DNA from: Halarcobacter sp.
GTDB lineage: Bacteria; Campylobacterota; Campylobacteria; Campylobacterales; Arcobacteraceae
Direction: 5' to 3'
Length of the DNA stretch: 64,000 nucleotides
Assembly (NCBI GenBank): GCA_048571215.1
Contig: CP182352.1
Span: 2,880,001 to 2,944,000, forward strand
A model generated the notes under the pieces. That model saw only the letters and a list, made by a program, of their open reading frames with translations, searched no databases and was not told the DNA's origin. Each line of letters opens with the position of its first letter. Position 1 is the stretch's first letter. The translations under genes and the position numbers were made by a program. Below are positions 19,171-28,654 of the stretch, in pieces.

Positions 19171-20282
19171 TTGGCTAGACATACTACAAAACTTACAGGT
19201 GTTCTTTATCGTGATTCCATAACAAATGGAAAGCCTGATAAAACGTATTATATCAGATACAAAATATAAACAATCAAACAAAAGAACTTAAAATTGGTAA
19301 GTACTCAGAGGGAGTAAGAGAAGTTTATTGTAATCAAAAAAGAAATGAAATTATCACAAAACAAAGACTTGGAGAAGAGCCACCTGCAATCGCTTCAAAA
19401 AAGAAAAAATCATTTTATCTTTTGAAATCCTACTTAATAAATATTTTGAACAGAGAAAAGAGGGGAAAGGTAAGCAAAGTGATATTTCATCTGCAAATAA
19501 ACATATTCTCCCTTTTTTCATTAATAAAAATATTGAGATACAGACAAAAGAAGATGTAAGAGCCTTTAAAAAGCTCATAAAGGCAAAAACTACTCAAAGT
19601 GGTACCCCCACAAATAAAACAATTAACAACATTTTAACCCTATTCTCTTCAATTATAAACTATGGTTTGAAAGAAGAACTAATAAAAAATGATTTAACCA
19701 AATATATTGAAAAAGATAGAGTTGACAATGAAAGGGAAAGATATCTTACTGTTGATGAAATAAATAAGCTATATGAAGCTATAGAAGATGATAAACAACT
19801 ATTTTTATTTTGTAAACTTGCATTAACAACTGGTGGAAGATTAGCAACTATTCTAAATATATCAAAAAAAGATATTGACTTTAGTAACCAATTAATTAAC
19901 ATATATGACTTAAAGAGGGATCAAGAAAGGCGAATTTCATATACAAGTTTCTTAACTGATGAAGTAGCATTACTACTCAAAGAGTAGTCAAAAAAATTAA
20001 AACCTAATGATAAAATATTTTATGAAAATCCAACTTCTATCCAAAGGTAAATGTTAACAATCCTTAATAAGCTATTTAATAATGGAATAGAATCAGACGA
20101 TAGAAAAATAAAGTTGTAGTTCATTCATTAAGACATACTTTTGCCTCTCATTTAGCAATAAATACACTCCAATATTTACAATTCAGAAATTAATGAACCA
20201 TAGTGATATTAAAATGACTTTACGGTATGCAAAACTCTCACCAAATAGTGGTAAGAGTTCTGTTCTTAGTCTATACGTTTAA
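19171..20282 (+). pseudogene. Tyrosine integrase pseudogene
   Basis: Fragments in different frames: MARHTTKLTGVLYR...KTYYIRYK, KIGKYSEGVREVYCNQKRNEII, RYLTVDEI...LALTTGGR, HSLRHTFASHLA, IQKLMNHSDIKMTLRYAK. Several frameshifts and in-frame stops (e.g. TAG 19985-19987). Confidence 0.9.
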
Positions 20283-20355
20283 AATAATTAAAAAAAATAT
20301 AATTTAGTTATAATTTAAATTAAATTATGTTAAAATATATGGGAGGTAGAAAAAA

Positions 20356-21090
20356 TTGCAAAAAGTAACTATATTTAAAAAAGAAAAAAATTTAACTAAT
20401 TACAATTCAAGAACTCCTACACTTGGTCCAGAATTAGAATTAACAAATAAATTTATCTCTTCAGTAGAAAAAAAGTATAAAAGTAAGAATAACAATCTTG
20501 CTATTTTTATAGAGCCAAAAATTCAAAGTCTTTACCCAGATATTGTTTTGGTAGAATACTCACCAAAACTTATGGATACATGGACTGAACAAAGAAAAAA
20601 TTTAACTCAAAAAGAACTAATGATTTTAGCAATACTTTCTAAACAGAAGCTTTTATCATTTGAAAAACTTGTTGATTCAACATATTTAAATCAAAGAGAA
20701 ATGGTTCAATCAATTGAAAGATTATTAGATTCTAACATGATTCAAAGGAAGCAAGGAAGTTGGTCATTAAAAAATAAACGTAATTTATTTGCAATAAAAA
20801 AAATATCTGCTGTTGAAGCTAAAATAAATAACTGGCAGACAGCATTAAAACAAGCAACACTTAATATAGGATATGCAAATGAGTCATTTATTTTATCAAA
20901 CATTAAAAAACCTCAATCTAAAACTATTCAGTTGGTTGATAGATATGGTATAGGTATTTATAATATAGAGAATGACTCAGCAAATATCGTTACTAAACCA
21001 AAAAATTATCCAATGAATAATAATCAAACAGTTTGGCAAATTAATGAATGGATTGGACAAAAACTATCCGAAGGATATCATTGTGCCTAA
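20356..21090 (+). CDS. Hypothetical protein, probable PD-(D/E)xK nuclease-like fold with an inserted winged HTH
   Basis: GGAGG SD and TTG start; E...YPDIVLV...AVEAK...ALKQA motif split by a helical HTH-like segment (LSFEKLVDSTYLNQREMVQSIERLLDSNMI). Confidence 0.6.
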   Translation: MQKVTIFKKEKNLTNYNSRTPTLGPELELTNKFISSVEKKYKSKNNNLAIFIEPKIQSLYPDIVLVEYSPKLMDTWTEQRKNLTQKELMILAILSKQKLLSFEKLVDSTYLNQREMVQSIERLLDSNMIQRKQGSWSLKNKRNLFAIKKISAVEAKINNWQTALKQATLNIGYANESFILSNIKKPQSKTIQLVDRYGIGIYNIENDSANIVTKPKNYPMNNNQTVWQINEWIGQKLSEGYHCA

Positions 21091-21940
21091 ACCCTATTTA
21101 AATATTGAAAATATAAAAGGTAAATTTCCCCAAATTGAAAATCTGGAACTATTTGATATAGGTGGACAAAAAATAGTATATAAGGGGATTCACCCTGAGT
21201 TTGGTGAAATTATGTTAAAATTTTTTAAAACAAATAAACAAAATCCACGTATAACAAGAGAAATTGAAATAGCAAAAGAACTTGTACATCCAAATATTCC
21301 TAAACTACATCTTGCAGATACTATAAACTTTAATGATTCTGATGATAATACTGTTTTTTTAATTGAAGAATATATTAAGGGAAATACTCTTAGGAATTAT
21401 ATTATTGAAAATAATATTGAAATAAAAGAAGTGAGAGAATTTATAGAAACAACATTTTCAATATTAGATTTACTAAAATCTAAAAACATGGTGCATAGAG
21501 ATTTAAAACCAGAAAATATAATGATAAAAGGTAATCAATTTTATATTTTAGATTTTGGAATTGCTAGAGTTTTAGGGGAAGAATCAATAACAAATAGCTC
21601 CGCTGCTATAGGTCCTCATACCCTGGGTTATGCCCCTTGGGAACAAATTAATAATGAAAAAGAAATGATTACAGAAAAGACGGATTTGTTTTCAATGGCT
21701 GTAATATGTCAGGAAATGCTTACAAAAGAGCATCCATTCTTTCATGATACATCATCAACTAATGCAAGTGCTTTAACACAAACGCTAGAAATGCAAATAA
21801 AACCATTAAATATTGAAGCTAGCTGTAAAACATCCTTAGAAGAGTTTTTACATACTATTATGTCGAAAGCTCCATCTTCTAGGCCTTCATTAAAATTAGC
21901 AAAAGAATGGTTTACAGAATTTAAAGAGGAAATGATATGA
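21083..21940 (+). CDS. Hanks-type serine/threonine protein kinase
   Basis: GGQKIVY, MLK, REIE, HRDLKPEN, DFG, TLGYAPWEQ and TDLFS. Likely start is GTG 21083 (AAGGA 7 nt upstream, overlapping the previous stop); the ORF track starts at 21044. Confidence 0.92.
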   Translation: MPKPYLNIENIKGKFPQIENLELFDIGGQKIVYKGIHPEFGEIMLKFFKTNKQNPRITREIEIAKELVHPNIPKLHLADTINFNDSDDNTVFLIEEYIKGNTLRNYIIENNIEIKEVREFIETTFSILDLLKSKNMVHRDLKPENIMIKGNQFYILDFGIARVLGEESITNSSAAIGPHTLGYAPWEQINNEKEMITEKTDLFSMAVICQEMLTKEHPFFHDTSSTNASALTQTLEMQIKPLNIEASCKTSLEEFLHTIMSKAPSSRPSLKLAKEWFTEFKEEMI

Positions 21941-23139
21941 AACTTTATTTACAATTTGGGTATGGAATGATGGCTCATGTAAAACACATGTTTAAAGAAT
22001 GGAAAGAAGGAACAGTAATTCTTAGTCCGAGAGATATGTCAGAAGATCAAATTTCTAAATTTTCTAAAGATTTAAAGTCTACTAATGCAAAAACTCTTTT
22101 AGATCCTCAATTATATGTTCCTCGTTCAGATCATCATGGATTACTAAAACATGATTATTATAATGATTTTGGAGGGGATAACTACTCTACAAGTATCATA
22201 TCAGACGATAATTCAATGAGTGAACTTTTTGAAGAGTTAAAACGTCTAAATGATTTAGGGGATACTGATAAATATATTATCCCTGGACTACTTTGTGAAG
22301 ATCCAAATGAATCATGGAATATGTTACAAAAATCTTTTCTGAGAATGGCTAAAAAGCATTTTACAGATAAAAAAATGATTGCCACACTATGTCTTTCTTC
22401 AAAGATTTTAAATAGTACTAAAATTGATAAAATAGAACAAGTTATGGCATATATCAGTAAATATAATGTAGATGGATTCTATATCCTTGCAGAAGGAAAC
22501 TATCTTGAAACAAACCCCATATGGTTAGGGAATTTATTATCGCTAACTGCAGCCATTAAAATGTTAGATAAAGAAGTAATTGTAGGTTATGCAAACCATC
22601 AAATGATGGCATTAGCATGTAGTGGAACAGATGCCATAGCTACAGGGAACTGGTTAAATGTTAGACACTTTAATTTAAAAAGATTTATTGAACCAATAAG
22701 TACTGGTGGAAGAAAAGTAGCTTGGTACTATTGTCCTTGTACTCAAAGTGAATATCGGTATTCTACACTAGAGGCTACAAAAAGACTTGAAAAGTTGGAT
22801 ATAGAACTATTACGTCCTGATAAAAGTTTGAATTCTAACTATCTAGATTCATACTTTGACAATGACGTTGAATTTAAAGAACCAGCATCATTTAGACACT
22901 ACTTTCAATGTTTATATAAACAAATAGAAATTATTTCTAAAAATACTTTCGAAGATACGTTAAATACTGTTATTAATATGCAAGATAATGCAGAAAAGAT
23001 GATTGAAGAATTCAGTAATAAAGAATTAAGGGAAAGGGATAGAAGTTATTCGAATGTAGGAGATGCAACTATTACTGCACTTAAAATATTTGATAAAGAA
23101 AAAGGTATTTTAATGAAAAGATTATGGAAGAATTTTTAA
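21937..23139 (+). CDS. Hypothetical 400-aa protein, possibly an alpha/beta barrel
   Basis: ATGA overlap with the kinase stop; alternating beta/alpha pattern (LYLQFG, VILSP, LLDPQLY, YIIPG, IATLCL, GFYIL, IVGY, DAIATG). Family not recognised. Confidence 0.7.
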   Translation: MKLYLQFGYGMMAHVKHMFKEWKEGTVILSPRDMSEDQISKFSKDLKSTNAKTLLDPQLYVPRSDHHGLLKHDYYNDFGGDNYSTSIISDDNSMSELFEELKRLNDLGDTDKYIIPGLLCEDPNESWNMLQKSFLRMAKKHFTDKKMIATLCLSSKILNSTKIDKIEQVMAYISKYNVDGFYILAEGNYLETNPIWLGNLLSLTAAIKMLDKEVIVGYANHQMMALACSGTDAIATGNWLNVRHFNLKRFIEPISTGGRKVAWYYCPCTQSEYRYSTLEATKRLEKLDIELLRPDKSLNSNYLDSYFDNDVEFKEPASFRHYFQCLYKQIEIISKNTFEDTLNTVINMQDNAEKMIEEFSNKELRERDRSYSNVGDATITALKIFDKEKGILMKRLWKNF

Positions 23140-23897
23140 TTTATAAAAATAGTACAAAGACAAGTTAAATTATCTGTACTTCCATTTTTAATTGCTTTTG
23201 AAATTAATTTATTTACAATGGTTTTAGGAGATTTATATTGCCTTAAAATACTTTCTATTTCTCCTTCAGAAAGATAATCATGTACACCATCAGACGTCAA
23301 TAAAAGAATGTCACTAGGTTCAATAGTAGTTTTAGAAACATCTATATTTATTAAATCTTCTGAAATACCCATAGCATTTAATAATATATTATTATCAGGT
23401 AAAAGACTCTTAACAGGATTAAAAAAAGGCAATTCATTTATCGTCTTTTGTAACTTTGTTTGATCCTCTGTTAATTGAACAAGTTTAGTTGGAGTTAGTT
23501 TATATGCTCTTGTATCTCCAATATGATAAATTGTAATAAATTCATTTAATGAAGTCATTAAAGTCAACGTAGATGAAGCTCCAGTAAAACTATTAATACT
23601 TGCCTCTTTTATAAGTTTCCTATTTAGTAAATTTATTTTTTCTAATACTGTAGGAATATGATCTACTTTATGAATATTCACTAATTCTTCAAGAATAAAG
23701 TTAGAAGCAAAATCGCCTCCCTTTCTTCCTCCTACGCCATCTGCAACAGCAAGAGTAAATTCTCTTCTATTCTTATCTGTGAATTTATTAATTCTTTTAT
23801 GTAGACTTTTATTAGATACAATATTATTTATTAAAAAGCTATCATCGTTTTTTTTACGAAATGGTCCTGTTTCACTGCGAGCATAAAATTCATACAT
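23136..23897 (-). CDS. PP2C/PPM-family Ser/Thr protein phosphatase
   Basis: RKKNDDS, AVADGVGG, HIGDTRAY, LTEDQ, LTSDGV and TDNLT; stop overlaps the convergent gene by 4 nt. Confidence 0.92.
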   Translation of the reverse strand: MYEFYARSETGPFRKKNDDSFLINNIVSNKSLHKRINKFTDKNRREFTLAVADGVGGRKGGDFASNFILEELVNIHKVDHIPTVLEKINLLNRKLIKEASINSFTGASSTLTLMTSLNEFITIYHIGDTRAYKLTPTKLVQLTEDQTKLQKTINELPFFNPVKSLLPDNNILLNAMGISEDLINIDVSKTTIEPSDILLLTSDGVHDYLSEGEIESILRQYKSPKTIVNKLISKAIKNGSTDNLTCLCTIFIN

Positions 23898-23903
23898 ATT
23901 GAA

Positions 23904-23912
23904 ATTATAACA
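23904..23912 (-). promoter_or_regulatory. Extended -10 promoter for a probably leaderless PP2C mRNA
   Basis: TGtTATAAT on the minus strand ending 6 nt before the ATG at 23897; no SD. Confidence 0.55.
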
Positions 23913-24015
23913 AAATTAAATGATATTACTATAAAAAATTAAATTTGTAAAAGAATTTTTATTATTTAGTACAGTTTAAAAAAAACATCCTAAAAGCAAA
24001 TTAGTTTATTCAGGG

Positions 24016-24046
24016 AAAAAAAAAAAAGGGGACAGGCACCTTTTTT
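24016..24046 (-). terminator. Probable terminator downstream of tRNA-Arg
   Basis: Minus strand AAAAAAGGTGCCTGTCCCC followed by 12 T. Confidence 0.5.
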
Positions 24047-24138
24047 ATATTCTTTAATGGGAAATAAGTGGGGAAAGTTAAATTTTTAAAAAAGCCCGAC
24101 ATGAAAACTCCAAAGAGTCCATCATATCGAGCTTTGTA

Positions 24139-24215
24139 TGGCACGCCTGGTAGGATTCGAACCCACAACCGCCGGGGCCGAAACCCAGTGCTCTATCCAG
24201 TTGAGCCACAGACGC
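24139..24215 (-). tRNA. tRNA-Arg, anticodon TCG
   Basis: GCGTCTG TG GCTC AACTGGATA GAGC A CTGGG TT-TCG-GC CCCGG CGGTT GTGGG TTCGAAT CCTAC CAGGCGT G CCA folds as a 77-nt cloverleaf with encoded CCA. Confidence 0.96.
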
Positions 24216-24259
24216 GTTTAAAAGTTTGGAATATTAGCATAGTTATGCTTACAAGATTT

Positions 24260-25069
24260 TTATATGTTTTTATCTCTTTGTTTGTCTCTATACATTAGTT
24301 CATCTACTTCATTTAAAATATCCTCTGAGTAATTTCCCTTTGAGAAATGAGTAAATCCAAAAGAAAATGTAAAATGCAGTTCTTTTATTTTTGCTGATTT
24401 TAATCTTTGCTGAGATAATTTTTCTTGGATATCTCTAATTAGTTTTTCGGCATTTAGGATTGTTGATTTACTTTTATTAAATAAAATAAGAAATTCATCA
24501 CCTGCAAATCTAACTAAATCGATACCTGAGTATGTTAATTCTTTTTCAAAAAACTTTACAAGATATTTTAGAACTTGATCACCAATTATATGCCCATATT
24601 TATCATTTATTTTTTTAAACTTATCCAAATCAATAAAAGCTATGAAACCATCATTTTGAAACCTATCATCTTTTAGATAATAGTCACTAAACCATTTTCT
24701 ATTATAAGCTCCAGTTAAAGGATCAGAAAAAAGCTCTTTTTTCAAATAGTTTATCTGTTCTTTCATATGAACAAGCTCATTACTAATCATTTTCAAAGAT
24801 TCTAAATCATTTATTTCAATAGCTTTTTGAGCGTGGCTTGTAGATTTGTGTAAAATATCTAAGTTATCATTTGTTTGTCTAACTATTTCATCAACTTGTT
24901 CATTATTTTGATTTATCTCTTTTAAAAGAACTTCAACATTATCAAAATCTACTTCAAGCTCAGTTGCAATCTTCTCAAAAGTTTGTGAGTATGTACTAGG
25001 GAGCACAATATCGTACTTTTTTAAAGTTTTCATTGTTAAATAACTTACTTCTCTTAATCTACTTGCCAA
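24260..25069 (-). CDS. Cytoplasmic GGDEF-domain protein (AGDEF variant)
   Basis: DPLTGAYNR, DLDKFKKINDKYGHIIGD and RFAGDEF. Confidence 0.88.
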   Translation of the reverse strand: MASRLREVSYLTMKTLKKYDIVLPSTYSQTFEKIATELEVDFDNVEVLLKEINQNNEQVDEIVRQTNDNLDILHKSTSHAQKAIEINDLESLKMISNELVHMKEQINYLKKELFSDPLTGAYNRKWFSDYYLKDDRFQNDGFIAFIDLDKFKKINDKYGHIIGDQVLKYLVKFFEKELTYSGIDLVRFAGDEFLILFNKSKSTILNAEKLIRDIQEKLSQQRLKSAKIKELHFTFSFGFTHFSKGNYSEDILNEVDELMYRDKQRDKNI

Positions 25070-25161
25070 TATTTTCCCTCTTTTATAAAAATGTTATACT
25101 ATATATAAACATTTCTTAAATAAATTATTTAAAAGTTATTTAATTTTTTATTTTAAGTAAA

Positions 25162-26031
25162 CTAAAAAGAATCTATTAAAATCAATATAAAAAATATAAT
25201 CCCTAAATAGCCATTTACTGTAAAAAAAGCTTTGTCAATCTTTGTGAAGTCTCTATTTACAAGAATATGTTCGTAGGTTAACATAACAGCACTAACTAAT
25301 ACTGCAAGATATGCAAAAACTCCACCATTTGAACTTATTACAAATAGTAACCAGAAGACTACAGTTAAAAGGTGAAATACCTTTGAGATATTCATTGTTT
25401 TTTGTGCACCAAATTTACTTGGAATAGAGTGTAGACCCAACTCTTTATCCACATCAATATCCTGCAAAGAGTAAAGTAAGTCAAAACCAGCTACCCAAAA
25501 CATAACTCCAATACTTAACAATACTGACCATAAAGTTATAGTCTCACTAACTGCAACTACCCCAGCTATTGGAGCTAATCCTAAAGAGATACCAAGTATT
25601 ACATGGGCTAAATATGAAAATCTTTTAAAATATGAGTATGAACCAATTACAAACAAAATTGGAACAGATAGATAAAGAGCTAAATCATTTACGAAATATG
25701 CAACAACAATAAACCCTAAAGCATTTGCAATAACAAAAATCAACATCTGAGGAGCACTAACTCTACCATCTACATTTGGTCGATTTATTGTTCTTGGATT
25801 TAAAGCGTCTATATCCCTATCCATGTACCTATTAAATGCCATTGCAAAGTTTCTAGCTGTAAGTGCTGCTAAAATACCTAAAAAAAATAGTTTGAACCCA
25901 AACCACGCAGTTCCATTTATATGTACAGAGGCTACTACCATCGCTATAAAAATAAACGGCAGTGAAAAAATTGAATGTTTGAACATCACTAGTTCATTAA
26001 AGTCGTTAAGTTTTTTCAATATATTATTCAT
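25162..26031 (-). CDS. mqnP: UbiA-family menaquinone (futalosine pathway) prenyltransferase
   Basis: FKHSIFSLPF, NRYMDRDIDALNPRT and GFDLLYSLQDIDVD. Confidence 0.9.
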   Translation of the reverse strand: MNNILKKLNDFNELVMFKHSIFSLPFIFIAMVVASVHINGTAWFGFKLFFLGILAALTARNFAMAFNRYMDRDIDALNPRTINRPNVDGRVSAPQMLIFVIANALGFIVVAYFVNDLALYLSVPILFVIGSYSYFKRFSYLAHVILGISLGLAPIAGVVAVSETITLWSVLLSIGVMFWVAGFDLLYSLQDIDVDKELGLHSIPSKFGAQKTMNISKVFHLLTVVFWLLFVISSNGGVFAYLAVLVSAVMLTYEHILVNRDFTKIDKAFFTVNGYLGIIFFILILIDSF

Positions 26032-26142
26032 GGGCGTATTTTAACAAATAAATTATTTGAAAGATATTTTATATTTAATTGTTTTATGAGTAATAATCAA
26101 ATAATATAATATAATCTTTACAAGATAAAGGATGGAATAATT

Positions 26143-27669
26143 ATGGACCCAAAACATATAGATAAAATCGAATTAGTTTATTTAAAAAAAGAGGATCACA
26201 ATAGTATTTGTACTCTAATGGAAAATGAATACCGACATCTTGATGATTCATCTTGGAGTAAAGAGGAATATGAAGCTTTAATTGATAAATTCCCAAATGG
26301 ACAGGTTGCAATAAAAATTGATGGGGAGTTTGCTGGATTTGCACTATGCATTATAGTTGATTATACTAAATTTGATGATTCCCATACTTATAAACAAATA
26401 ACAGGAAATTATACTTTTGATACCCATGATGATAATGGAAATATGCTTTATGGAGTAGATGTTTTTATAAATAAAAAATTTCGAGGATTAAGACTTGGGC
26501 GAAGATTGTATGATTTTAGAAAAGAGCTTTGTGAAGAACTAAATCTAAAAGGGATAATTTTTGGTGGTAGAATACCAAATTATTCTAAATACGCAGATAA
26601 GATTACACCAAAAGAGTATATACAAAAAGTAAAAGAAAGAGAGATTTATGACCCTGTACTTAACTTTCAGCTATCAAATGACTTTTATGTAAAAAGGGTT
26701 ATAAAAGATTATCTTGAAGGTGATATTGATAGCAAAGAGTATGCTTGTTTGCTTTCTTGGAATAATATATACTATTCAAAACCAACTGTAAAACCTATGG
26801 CACAAAAAAAGGTTATTAGATTAGGACTTATTCAGTGGCAAATGAGACTTTATAAAAACTACGAAGAGGTTATAGAACAAGCTGAATATTTTATCGATGC
26901 AGTATCTGGATATAGAAGTGATTTTGCACTTTTCCCTGAATTTTTCAATGCCCCTTTGATGGCTGAATTCAATCACTTAAGTGAAGCAGATGCTATAAGG
27001 GAACTTGCTAAATATACCCAAAGATTTAAAGAAGATTTTTCAAGACTTGCAATTGCTTATAATATAAATATCATAACAGGAAGTATGCCAGAGCTTCATG
27101 ATGGCAATCTAAACAATGTAGGTTTTGTTTGTAAAAGGGATGGGGAGATTGAAAAATATGCCAAAATTCATGTTACTCCAGATGAACAAAAAGTTTGGGG
27201 GCTTAAGGGCTCAAATAAGATAAAAGCCTTTGATACAGATTGTGGAAAAATTGGTGTTTTGATTTGTTATGATAGTGAGTTTCCAGAACTTGGTAGATTA
27301 CTTGCAAAAGAAGGGGTGGATATACTTTTTGTACCATTTTTAACGGATACCCAAAATGGTTACTCAAGAGTTAAGATTTGTGCCCAAGCACGAGCTATAG
27401 AAAATGAGTGTTATGTTGCAATAGCAGGTTGCGTTGGGAACCTACCAAAAGTTGAAAATATGGATATCCAATATGCCCAATCAGCTGTATTTACCCCTTG
27501 TGATTTTGCTTTTCCAGCAAATGGTATAAAAGCAGAATCAACACCAAATACAGAGATGATACTAATAGCAGATGTTGATTTAGAGCTTTTAACGGAACTT
27601 CATAGTTTAGGGAGTGTAACCAACCTAAAAGATAGAAGAACAGATATTTATGATGTAATAAAAGTATAA
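26143..27669 (+). CDS. Bifunctional GNAT acetyltransferase / carbon-nitrogen hydrolase
   Basis: N-terminal FRGLRLGRRL (GNAT); C-terminal FPE, K-IH and ICYDSEFPE (nitrilase triad). Confidence 0.9.
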   Translation: MDPKHIDKIELVYLKKEDHNSICTLMENEYRHLDDSSWSKEEYEALIDKFPNGQVAIKIDGEFAGFALCIIVDYTKFDDSHTYKQITGNYTFDTHDDNGNMLYGVDVFINKKFRGLRLGRRLYDFRKELCEELNLKGIIFGGRIPNYSKYADKITPKEYIQKVKEREIYDPVLNFQLSNDFYVKRVIKDYLEGDIDSKEYACLLSWNNIYYSKPTVKPMAQKKVIRLGLIQWQMRLYKNYEEVIEQAEYFIDAVSGYRSDFALFPEFFNAPLMAEFNHLSEADAIRELAKYTQRFKEDFSRLAIAYNINIITGSMPELHDGNLNNVGFVCKRDGEIEKYAKIHVTPDEQKVWGLKGSNKIKAFDTDCGKIGVLICYDSEFPELGRLLAKEGVDILFVPFLTDTQNGYSRVKICAQARAIENECYVAIAGCVGNLPKVENMDIQYAQSAVFTPCDFAFPANGIKAESTPNTEMILIADVDLELLTELHSLGSVTNLKDRRTDIYDVIKV

Positions 27670-27689
27670 ATGTAAGGAGTTTTATTTTT

Positions 27690-28562
27690 ATGAAAGAGAT
27701 AGCAATCATAGGTGCAACAGCTTCTGGTAAAACAGGTTTATCAATAGATATTGCCCAAAAAACAAACTCTGTAATACTATCTTTGGATTCATTATCAGTT
27801 TATAAACAGATTGACATAGCCTCTGCAAAACCTACAAAAGAGGAAAGAGGTGATATCTTACATTTTGGCATAGATGAAGTTTTTCCAAATGAAAAGTTTG
27901 ATGTTATTCAGTTTATGGAACTTTATAAAAAGACAAAAAACTATGCTATACAAAACAATAAAAACCTCATAATTGTTGGGGGAACTGGTTTTTATCTTAA
28001 AGCACTTATTGAAGGTCTTTCAAAAGGTTTAAAAGAGGATATAAAGTTAGATATCCCCCTACAAGAAGCCTATGAACTTCTACTAAGTGTAGATAAATCC
28101 TATATGGAAAAAATCGCCTCAGCAGATAGATATAGAATAGAAAAAGCCTACTCAATCTACAAACAAACTCAAATGGCTCCTAGTAAATATTTTGAACTAA
28201 ACCCTAAAGAACCCCTTGCAAAAGATTTAAAAATCTTTGAGATAGTTTGGGATAGAGAGGAGTTAAGACAAAGAATAAACTTGCGAACAAAACAGATGAT
28301 AAAAGATGGTGTTATTGATGAAGTTATCTTTTTAGAACAAAAGTATAGAAGAGTACCAAATTGTATGAGTGCCATAGGTATTATTGAAACCTTAGCTTAT
28401 TTGGATGGAAAAATTAAAACAAAAGAGGAGTTAGAAGAGAAAATTGCCTTAAATACTGCAAAATTAGCAAAAAGACAAAACACTTTCAACAAGGGTCAAT
28501 TTAAAAACAAAACTTCTAATATTATAAAAAACTTAAATTCAGATATTCTTAAGTTTTTTTAG
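27690..28562 (+). CDS. miaA: tRNA dimethylallyltransferase
   Basis: [25 protein letters not shown] and AKRQ. Confidence 0.96.
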   Translation: MKEIAIIGATASGKTGLSIDIAQKTNSVILSLDSLSVYKQIDIASAKPTKEERGDILHFGIDEVFPNEKFDVIQFMELYKKTKNYAIQNNKNLIIVGGTGFYLKALIEGLSKGLKEDIKLDIPLQEAYELLLSVDKSYMEKIASADRYRIEKAYSIYKQTQMAPSKYFELNPKEPLAKDLKIFEIVWDREELRQRINLRTKQMIKDGVIDEVIFLEQKYRRVPNCMSAIGIIETLAYLDGKIKTKEELEEKIALNTAKLAKRQNTFNKGQFKNKTSNIIKNLNSDILKFF

Positions 28563-28654
28563 TTATAATCACGATTCATTTTTGCAAAGAGTTTAATAAA
28601 GGGCGGCAAAGATTCGACCTTTTGTTAGACATTAGTTATATTAAGGAAAATCAA

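Larger units (their letters stand above)
19079..24157. mobile_element. Immobilised genomic island integrated at the 3' end of tRNA-Arg(TCG)
   Basis: Bounded by the tRNA 3' end and its degenerate direct repeat; contains an integrase pseudogene and non-housekeeping cargo. Confidence 0.7.

Noticed and set aside
19667..19987. 106-aa ORF as a standalone gene
   Set aside because: It is an internal fragment of the integrase pseudogene.
20356..23897. Assigning the kinase/PP2C cassette to TerY-P, BREX/Pgl or a type VI secretion PpkA/PppA pair
   Set aside because: No vWA, PglZ, methyltransferase or secretion genes are present.
24016..24027. 12-A tract as a phase-variation switch
   Set aside because: Intergenic and better explained as the U-tail of the tRNA terminator.
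24068..24298. 76-aa plus-strand ORF
   Set aside because: It is the antisense reading of tRNA-Arg.
28598..28623. Hairpin upstream of rpmE as a ribosomal leader
   Set aside because: Short imperfect stem; cannot be supported without covariation analysis.
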